Shown piece after piece: positions 57,058-64,000 of a DNA stretch of 64,000 nt. A program made the translations under genes and the position numbers. A model generated the notes under the pieces. It worked only from the letters and a program-made list of their open reading frames with translations, made no database searches and had not been told where the DNA came from. Every line of letters begins with the position of its first letter. The stretch's first letter is position 1. This DNA comes from Armatimonadota bacterium (GTDB lineage: Bacteria; Armatimonadota; HRBIN16), in the NCBI GenBank assembly GCA_963677485.1, contig OY781964.1, positions 352,001 to 416,000 of the forward strand, given 5' to 3'.

Positions 57058-58407
57058 ATGAAACGAACTATTCTGTATGTCTTCATCGGGCTTCTTCTAT
57101 TGAGCGTCGTTGCGTGGGTCATTCAGCCAAAACCGAGCACAGATGGCAAAATACCGCTGGTTTGGTGTACCGACGATAACCCCGTAAGGCGGGAGCAATA
57201 CAGCCTCTTTAACAAACAAAACAAAGAGCTGAGCCTCAGCCTCGACCCCAAAACCACCATCGACAAGATCATCGTGCAGGCCATCGCTGGCGTAGGTCCC
57301 GACCTGTTCGACTGCCACACGATTGCTGAGTTCCCCATGTGCGTAAAGTCGGGAATCGCCTGGGATGTGACGGATGAGTTTAAAAAGGCCGGCATCGATG
57401 TGATGAAAGACCAGTGGCCTGTGATGCGCCCCTACTTCCTATATAAAGGCCGGGTATACGGATGCGCCACCAACACGTCGTCTAACGCGATCTGGTTCAA
57501 TAAAGATATTTTTGACAAATACCATGAGCCATACCCTAAAGGTGACTGGACGTGGGATCAATTCATCCCCGTAGCACAGCGTCTGACCATACGTGACAAG
57601 CGCGGTCGTGCCACACAGTTTGGGTTCATCTTCGATATCCCGCTGGTCTGGCAGCAGTTCATCTGGCAGTGGGGTGGCCGCGTGTTCAATGACGATGGTA
57701 CCAAATGCATCATGGATAGCCCGGAAGCCATCGCGGGGATTCAATTCATCCACGACCTGATCTACAAATACCGCGTATCCCCTAACCCGGTGGAGGAACA
57801 GGCAGCCAGTCAAGGCGGATGGGGCTCGGGAAGCATCACCTTGTTCGGTGCGAACCGATCTGCCATGGCGAACGGCGGCAGATGGTGGCTGTGCAGCCTG
57901 CGCGGTTACGAAGGTCTGCGGCTGGGAGCGGTGCAAAGCCCTTATAGCAAACACAAAATTTTCTACGGGTATGGTAAATCAACTCTGGTCAACAAGAACA
58001 GCCCGCACCGGAAAGAGGCTTTAAAATACCTGATCTACCTGAACAGCCAGGGGTATAACGAGCTGATCAACAGCACGGCTGACGGCCTGGCCCCGGTGAA
58101 AAAGTTCAGTTACACGGACAAATACCTGCACGATCCCAAATACCCAAACGAGGACTACAACGCGGTTTGGCGTGACATCATGAACTTCGCGAAACCCGAT
58201 GAAACCAGCCCATTCGTGCAGTTGAACATCGTGCAGCGGATCGTCACCAAACAGCTTGACCTGGTGAAGACCAACCAAAAGAGCAGCGCGGATGCCATGC
58301 GCACCGCGGCCAAGCAGATCAACGAAGAGATACAAAAGAGCCTGGCGGAAGACCCCGCCCTGAAAGCCCGCTATGACAAGCTGATCGCTGCGAGGGGGAG
58401 CCGCTGA
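57058..58407 (+). CDS. Sugar ABC transporter substrate-binding protein
   Basis: N-terminal anchor; 'GPDLF', 'FNKDIFDK..EPYP...WTWDQF'. Confidence 0.92.
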   Translation: MKRTILYVFIGLLLLSVVAWVIQPKPSTDGKIPLVWCTDDNPVRREQYSLFNKQNKELSLSLDPKTTIDKIIVQAIAGVGPDLFDCHTIAEFPMCVKSGIAWDVTDEFKKAGIDVMKDQWPVMRPYFLYKGRVYGCATNTSSNAIWFNKDIFDKYHEPYPKGDWTWDQFIPVAQRLTIRDKRGRATQFGFIFDIPLVWQQFIWQWGGRVFNDDGTKCIMDSPEAIAGIQFIHDLIYKYRVSPNPVEEQAASQGGWGSGSITLFGANRSAMANGGRWWLCSLRGYEGLRLGAVQSPYSKHKIFYGYGKSTLVNKNSPHRKEALKYLIYLNSQGYNELINSTADGLAPVKKFSYTDKYLHDPKYPNEDYNAVWRDIMNFAKPDETSPFVQLNIVQRIVTKQLDLVKTNQKSSADAMRTAAKQINEEIQKSLAEDPALKARYDKLIAARGSR

Positions 58408-58408
58408 C

Positions 58409-59365
58409 ATGAAACTACGCAGAAAAGAGCTGTTCACATCTCTGGCTTTTCTGATGCCCAACTTCCTGGGCTTCTTGATCTTCACCGCGGGGCCGGTGGT
58501 TTTTTCGCTCATCGTCGCCTTCACCAACTGGAATCTGCAGCAGACTGTGCCGTTCCGGTTCAACGGCCTGACCAACTTTAACCATCTATTCCATGACCCG
58601 CAGTTTTGGGTCTATTTCGCCAACACCATCTACTTCCTTCTCGGCATCCCAATCTCCATCGCGGGCAGCCTGATACTGGCCATCCTGCTCAGTCAGAAGC
58701 TGAAGGGTATCACCGCCTACCGCACGATGTTCTACCTGCCCAGCTTCACCGCGGGCGTGGCGCTCATGATCCTGTGGAAGAACCTCTACAACCCCGACTT
58801 CGGCCCCATCAACGCCGCGTTAAGCACCATCGCCAACACCTTCAACCTGCATTTCACCCCACCGCAGTGGTTGATTTCTACTCACAACATTGTGGGGCTT
58901 GACATCGAGCAGGTGCGGCTGGTGATCACCCAGTGGGGTATCGGCGCCCGTGACGCCATCATGATCATGGGCATCTGGACAGCAGTCGGCGGCAGCAACA
59001 TGCTGCTCTACCTGGCGGCTTTGACCAACATCCCGGAGGAGCTGGTAGAGGCCGCGCAGCTTGACGGTGCGGGCAAGTGGGGCATCTTCCGCAACGTCAC
59101 CTGGCCGCAACTCGCTCCCACCACCTTCTTTATCGTGGTGATGAGCTTCATTGGCGGTCTTCAAGGCGGATTTGAGCAGGCGAAAGTGATGACCGCCGGT
59201 GGTCCTGCCGGCACCACCACCACGATCGCCTACTACATCTACACCAAGGCATTTGAGGAGTTCCAGATCGGGTATGCCTCGGCTGTCTCCTGGGTGCTAT
59301 TTGCCATCATCTTCGCCATCACACTGGTGAACTGGAGAATTGGAAACAGGGAGGTGAACTACTAA
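58409..59365 (+). CDS. Carbohydrate ABC transporter permease
   Basis: EAA motif 'EAAQLDGA..W..FRNVTWP'. Confidence 0.95.
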   Translation: MKLRRKELFTSLAFLMPNFLGFLIFTAGPVVFSLIVAFTNWNLQQTVPFRFNGLTNFNHLFHDPQFWVYFANTIYFLLGIPISIAGSLILAILLSQKLKGITAYRTMFYLPSFTAGVALMILWKNLYNPDFGPINAALSTIANTFNLHFTPPQWLISTHNIVGLDIEQVRLVITQWGIGARDAIMIMGIWTAVGGSNMLLYLAALTNIPEELVEAAQLDGAGKWGIFRNVTWPQLAPTTFFIVVMSFIGGLQGGFEQAKVMTAGGPAGTTTTIAYYIYTKAFEEFQIGYASAVSWVLFAIIFAITLVNWRIGNREVNY

Positions 59366-60210
59366 TGGGCAGCAAACAACCAAAAGGGCACTGGAGCGGG
59401 CAAGGCAAACGGGCCGTGGGCAGCCATACCGTGCTGATGCTGGTGGCCATCACCATGCTGGTGCCGTTCCTGTGGATGGTATTCTCAAGCTTTAAGGCAC
59501 TGCCTGAGGTGGAGAGCATCAACCCGTTCCCCAGCAAGTGGCATCCCGAAAACTACCTGTCGGTGTTCCAGCAGATCCCGTTTGGCCGGTATTACTTCAA
59601 CTCGGTGTTCGTGGCCGCATGGGTCACCTTCTTGACTTGTATGACCAGCAGCCTGGCGGCGTTCGCCTTCTCGCGGATGCAGTGGAAGGGTCGTGACACC
59701 ATCTTCAAGCTCTATCTGGGCACGATGATGATCCCGGGCGTGGTCACCATGATCCCCAACTACACCTTGATGGTCAAGCTGCACATGCTGGATTCCTACA
59801 TAGGACTGATTGTACCCGCGGCTTTCTCGGCGTTTGGGGTTTTCCTGCTGAGGCAGTTCATGATGACCATCCCGCCGGCTCTGGATGAGGCGGCCACTCT
59901 GGACGGTGCCAGCAAGTGGCAGATTTTCAAGGAGATCATACTACCCTTGTCGCAGGCAGGCCTTGTCACCCTGGCAATATTCACTTTCCTGGGCACATAC
60001 GGCAGCTTCTACTGGCCGCTGATTCTCATAAAAAGCCAGCACCTGCGCACGCTGCCCATCGGTATGCTCTACTTCGACACGGTGTATGGCCGCCAAACCA
60101 ACCTGATCATGGCCGCCAGCGTGATGAACATCGTTCCGCTGATCATCCTGTTCATCAGCAGCCAGAAGTATATCGTGAAAGGCATCCAAATGGGCGCCGT
60201 CAAGGGGTAA
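59365..60210 (+). CDS. Carbohydrate ABC transporter permease
   Basis: 'LLRQF...IP..LDEAATLDGA', 'QKYIVKGI..GAVKG'. Confidence 0.95.
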   Translation: MGSKQPKGHWSGQGKRAVGSHTVLMLVAITMLVPFLWMVFSSFKALPEVESINPFPSKWHPENYLSVFQQIPFGRYYFNSVFVAAWVTFLTCMTSSLAAFAFSRMQWKGRDTIFKLYLGTMMIPGVVTMIPNYTLMVKLHMLDSYIGLIVPAAFSAFGVFLLRQFMMTIPPALDEAATLDGASKWQIFKEIILPLSQAGLVTLAIFTFLGTYGSFYWPLILIKSQHLRTLPIGMLYFDTVYGRQTNLIMAASVMNIVPLIILFISSQKYIVKGIQMGAVKG

Positions 60211-60243
60211 ATTGGGGTTACCGGAGTTGTCGGCTTATCGGCT

Positions 60244-60475
60244 CGTAGGGGCGTCCCTTGTGGGCGCCCACTAGCATTCCGCAAAGTTGTGAAAATGTGT
60301 CATTATTAATATGCAACACCCCTCGCGCCTAACAGCTTCGGCTGACTGCGAAATTCGAGGGGTTCTTTTTTATATCTGCCATCCCCTTCCGTGCCATCCG
60401 TCCCAACCGCGTAATCCGTGGTTCAGACATGCACGGGCGACCATGAAGGGCGGCCACGGGGGGCCGCCCCTACGG
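60244..60475. repeat. Two inverted GTAG-type REPs (family E) enclosing a terminator-like hairpin
   Basis: cgtaggggcgtcccttgtgggcgccc (60244) and gggcggccacggggggccgcccctacg (60448); the latter overlaps the TAG stop of the Rid-like gene; hairpin cccctcg...cgagggg + T-run at ~60318-60371; related copies at 17029 and 22394. Confidence 0.75.
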
Positions 60476-61441
60476 TCTTACCTTCGCATCCAGCTCCAGC
60501 TCGAACAGCAGCTCCTCACGGCAGATGTCGGCCTGCACGAACAGGCAGTGGCCCAACGGCACCTGGTTGATTACGCAATACCGCCTGAACAGCTCCGCAT
60601 ACTCAGGCCTTTTGCAGTAGGCGATCGCCCGTGTGGTGTGACACCAATCCATGCCGCGGGATGTCAGGATCGCCTTGACTACCTGCATGGTCAGTTCAAT
60701 CTGCTTCTGTGGGTCGTCTTGATGTGCACTCAACCCGTGCGGGTCGATGCTGGCGGTACCGGAGATCATCAACTGACGCTCCGAGTCTGTTTCGATCTCG
60801 ACCGCCCGGCTGAAACTGCTGCGGTAGTGCAGTGCCGAGTTTTGCAACGGCGACTCCACCGCACGTATCCGCACAGAGTTCTCCTTCGGAACGACAGCCA
60901 GTATCCCCGCCACACACGCTCTGCCAAGGTGGTTGCCCAGACCAATCCCTGTGCTGGCGGGCACCAGTCCGTCCAGCACGCCATGATCAACAAAATATTC
61001 CGTGCGGATGGCGTTGAACTCGTCATACCACACCAGTAAGTCATCAAGATAGAACCAAGTGCGCACCACGTCGCGCCAACTCATCCCCGCTTGCTGTAGT
61101 GCCAGCTCCGCGTTCTCAAACAGTTGTTGGGTCTGCAACCCACGCGGTGCCGCCAGGTCGCCACACACACTCCATAACCAAGCCACACGGGCGGTTGGCG
61201 TTTCAACCCAGCATCCCTGTCGTCGGCCGTTCAACTTTATGGGATGCAGTTCGGCACCAGAATTAGTAAAACTCTGTGCACCGCCATCGCAGCCTGGAGC
61301 CGAACCATTTGGACGTAATGGCATCAGATTCGGATCCATAGATGACGGATGGTCAGAAAAACTAAGACCGCCCACCGACTGCTTTTCAACCAGATCGTCC
61401 GATCCTAAGCACGGTATCTTCATGTTCTCTTCCAGACTCAC
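60470..61441 (-). CDS. Rid (YjgF/L-PSP) / chorismatase-like double-domain protein
   Basis: 'VVRTWFYL...Y.EFN..R', 'PASTGIG', 'NP/SPLQ..A..Y.SSFSRA', 'ISGTASID', 'ADICREELLFELE'. Confidence 0.82.
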   Translation of the reverse strand: MSLEENMKIPCLGSDDLVEKQSVGGLSFSDHPSSMDPNLMPLRPNGSAPGCDGGAQSFTNSGAELHPIKLNGRRQGCWVETPTARVAWLWSVCGDLAAPRGLQTQQLFENAELALQQAGMSWRDVVRTWFYLDDLLVWYDEFNAIRTEYFVDHGVLDGLVPASTGIGLGNHLGRACVAGILAVVPKENSVRIRAVESPLQNSALHYRSSFSRAVEIETDSERQLMISGTASIDPHGLSAHQDDPQKQIELTMQVVKAILTSRGMDWCHTTRAIAYCKRPEYAELFRRYCVINQVPLGHCLFVQADICREELLFELELDAKVRP

Positions 61442-63339
61442 AGCGACAGCACATACTCCGCAAGATCACCCAACTGCTGCTTCGAGAGATTCGAGGTCAT
61501 GCCGTGCTTATCACCCTTGTTGTGCGTGGTCAGCACCGACATCATATCAGCCGCACTGCCGTCATTCAGATACGGAGCGGTACGCCACACCTCTACCAGC
61601 GAGCTGGTATCGAACTTAAGATTAGCCTCGTTATACACCCCCATGCCCACATTGTATGCCTTTAAATTTGTGTAATACGGGCCAGAATGACAGTTCGCGC
61701 AACCAGCCTGCGTAAACAGCTTTTTGCCCCGCAACGCGCTGGCGGAGAGTTTTCCATGCTGCAGGTAAGGGCTCTTCACGGGCTGCATGCCGGTAAGATA
61801 ACTGTCAATGGCCTTTGCGTCCGATTCGGGACGGCTGGCAAACTGTATGAACTTCATCCCAGCCCGGACGGCAGTTTCCGCTTTATCTCGCACAGCCAGA
61901 CTCATCACCGGCGGGGTCTTGTGACTAAGCAGCATACTGCGTGTATTTTTGGGGTTGCCCATACCATCGTTCATCAGATCCCAGTTAAGGCTGTCAGCTC
62001 GCGAATCCGGGTGACAACTGGCACAACTCTGCCAGTTCTCATAGCACATCGTGCCGTCGTTGAACAGCATCTCGCCGCGGCGTGACTGGCTAATGACAGT
62101 CTGCTTCACCAGCGGCCAGCGGCCAGCCAACGCAGACAGGTCGAGGCGATAGATCTCGATATCCTGCGTAAAGGTATTAGCAACAAACGCATTCTGGCCA
62201 ACCACGCAGATCACACGGGGGCCGTTGCCTTTGAGTGTCACCCGTTGACGAAGCCCATTCAAAAAGGCCAGATCATCCGGTACCCCGTTGGGGTCAGCGC
62301 ATCGTTCCAACTTACGATGAAGGGCGATACGGTCGATCACGGTCAGCTCCTGCGCACCCGCGGAACTCACCAGCAGCTTCTTGCCATCGGCCGTGACCGA
62401 AACAGCCCACGGGTTTGCGGATCCTCTGTTCACATCATCCAGCAGCACAGTGTTAAGATACTGGCGTTTGGCGATGTCTAGCACGCTCAGTGCGTTGGTG
62501 TTCATCCAGCCGCGGTCCAGTTGGGTTGTGGGCATGCCGTAACGCGCAAGGATGTGCGTAATGTAGGCGAATTTGCCATCCGGCGAGATGGCCAGACCAC
62601 GAACCCCACTGCTGCCATTCGGCAACAGCACGTTCTTAATGACCCTCGGGCTACGGAGGTCTACCAATGTCACTCCGGCCGCCACATAGTTGGCATCAGC
62701 AGCCTGGGTGGGCAGATGGTTCGCTACCACGGCCGTACGACCATCTGGCGTCACGCCGACCGCAACTGGCTCGCGCAAGCACTTGATCCGAGCCACCAGC
62801 TTCGACTTGCTCAGATCAACCAGGGCCAGCTCATTCTGGAACCTCAGACAGACCGCCGCCATCTTGCCGTTCGCGTAGAGTGCGGGCGACATCGGTGTGT
62901 GCCCGAGCAGCACAGAGGCGATTCTCTTCCCTGAACGAGTGTCATAGGTGTTAAGCACGCCATCGGATTCACCCTCCGCCACATACAGCTTCTGGCTGTT
63001 CTGGCTAAGGACGATCCCATGCGCCGGCTGAGAGGTAGTGATCATCCGAAGCTGCTTGTGGCTCTGGCTGTTCCAGACCAGCAGCTCCGAGCTGCGGTCA
63101 GACGCCACATAGAGCAGTTTGCCGTCGGGCGAAGCCAACATGGCCGATACTGAAAACAGCCGTCCCGCATCAACCGCTTGAGCCTGCATCAGCAAAGCGG
63201 TTGTAGTCGCAACCATCACAGTGACCACGATGATTGTGGCACGTATAATCCGGTTCTTTGCCATGCCAGTCTGCGGCTTGACGATATGTATGAGCATTTC
63301 TTTCATCTGTTGAAATCTAGTTTTCTTCATGTCTACCAT
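61438..63339 (-). CDS. YVTN/YncE beta-propeller fused to a di-heme cytochrome c (peroxidase-like) domain
   Basis: Propeller repeats 'AISPDGKFAYI', 'VTADGKKL'; two CxxCH motifs (CASCH, CANCH); 'WRTAPYLNDGS'; true start may be ATG 63264. Confidence 0.85.
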   Translation of the reverse strand: MVDMKKTRFQQMKEMLIHIVKPQTGMAKNRIIRATIIVVTVMVATTTALLMQAQAVDAGRLFSVSAMLASPDGKLLYVASDRSSELLVWNSQSHKQLRMITTSQPAHGIVLSQNSQKLYVAEGESDGVLNTYDTRSGKRIASVLLGHTPMSPALYANGKMAAVCLRFQNELALVDLSKSKLVARIKCLREPVAVGVTPDGRTAVVANHLPTQAADANYVAAGVTLVDLRSPRVIKNVLLPNGSSGVRGLAISPDGKFAYITHILARYGMPTTQLDRGWMNTNALSVLDIAKRQYLNTVLLDDVNRGSANPWAVSVTADGKKLLVSSAGAQELTVIDRIALHRKLERCADPNGVPDDLAFLNGLRQRVTLKGNGPRVICVVGQNAFVANTFTQDIEIYRLDLSALAGRWPLVKQTVISQSRRGEMLFNDGTMCYENWQSCASCHPDSRADSLNWDLMNDGMGNPKNTRSMLLSHKTPPVMSLAVRDKAETAVRAGMKFIQFASRPESDAKAIDSYLTGMQPVKSPYLQHGKLSASALRGKKLFTQAGCANCHSGPYYTNLKAYNVGMGVYNEANLKFDTSSLVEVWRTAPYLNDGSAADMMSVLTTHNKGDKHGMTSNLSKQQLGDLAEYVLSL

Positions 63340-63986
63340 TGGTATTTCATCTTACACCATGGCATGGCGGCCTCAAGCGTCGCTTTTTGCTCCGCGGTAA
63401 GGTCGGTTCCCGCTGTGTTCAACTCCACCAACCCTTTAAGCTGCGTGACCACAGGAAAAATGCGGTCATATGTCAGTTCTGGGTTTGCCCCGATGGTCAG
63501 CCACTTCATCGACTGCATGGACAACAACGGTGTGATGTCGGTCAGGTGGTTACCCTCCAGCGTCAGGTAGTTCATCTTTGTCATTTTGCTGATTGGGGTC
63601 AGGTCGCGAATTTCAGCGTTGTGAGCGTCCAGATAGCTCAGGCTCACACACCCCTCAAGCGGACGCAGGTCAGTAACCCCAGTCACATTGATTGCGATGC
63701 CCTCAAGCTGCGGAAGCTGTCGACAGACGCTGATGTCGGTGACCGGGCAATCGTAGAAATAGGCCTTCTTCAGTTTCTTGCACGCTCCCATGGGTGAGAT
63801 GTCCTTCAAGCCCGGGTTGCTGTAAGCCCACAGGTGCTCGAGGTTGGGCAGCATACGCACGAATTCGATGTTAGTCAGCGCGACATCCGTAAACCCGATG
63901 TGCGTGATGTTCGTCAGCTTTTTTAGGAAAGAAAAGTCGGTAAAGTGGTTCTTGCCTTTACGGGCCTTCTTCTGCTCCTCTGACAT
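63333..63986 (-). CDS. Leucine-rich-repeat (internalin-like) protein, probably truncated by window end
   Basis: 'DLTPISKMTKMNYLTLEGNHLTDITPL' repeats; frame open to the window edge. Confidence 0.85.
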   Translation of the reverse strand: MSEEQKKARKGKNHFTDFSFLKKLTNITHIGFTDVALTNIEFVRMLPNLEHLWAYSNPGLKDISPMGACKKLKKAYFYDCPVTDISVCRQLPQLEGIAINVTGVTDLRPLEGCVSLSYLDAHNAEIRDLTPISKMTKMNYLTLEGNHLTDITPLLSMQSMKWLTIGANPELTYDRIFPVVTQLKGLVELNTAGTDLTAEQKATLEAAMPWCKMKYQW

Positions 63987-64000
63987 AAATGGGTCGTTGG

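Noticed and set aside
60311-61039. 242-aa plus-strand ORF
   Set aside because: Runs through REP sequence and antisense to the Rid-like gene

Overview
64-kb window of a GC-rich bacterial chromosome, probably Armatimonadota (inferred only from the duplicated 'GDxDGDxQVNLFDYVVLD' dockerin-like C-terminal modules and the glycan-catabolic content). Most of it is sugar catabolism: GH4, GH78, GH42, GH63-like, three GH29, several unclassified glycoside-hydrolase-like genes, a sugar ABC transporter and transketolase, plus DAHP synthase. Accessory features: (i) a Y1/HUH transposase of RAYT type flanked by inverted copies of a ~97-bp palindromic element, with a decaying tandem array of that element's left arm upstream and several other REP/MITE-like families forming intergenic mosaics; (ii) a tandem array of five divergent B-box-Zn-finger/membrane genes plus a sixth dispersed copy; (iii) two 14-repeat RCC1/BLIP-II dockerin-like proteins, one fused to an FGE-sulfatase domain, plus a remnant; (iv) a PocR-AraC / MtaA-thioredoxin fusion / CobW module; (v) an AT-richer two-gene cassette with a putative Cys-His enzyme; (vi) a putative leader-peptide attenuator; (vii) a large gene split by one in-frame TAG. 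I recognised no rRNA, tRNA, CRISPR array, cas gene or reverse transcriptase. Family names come from motif recognition by eye, not database searches, and repeat coordinates are approximate.
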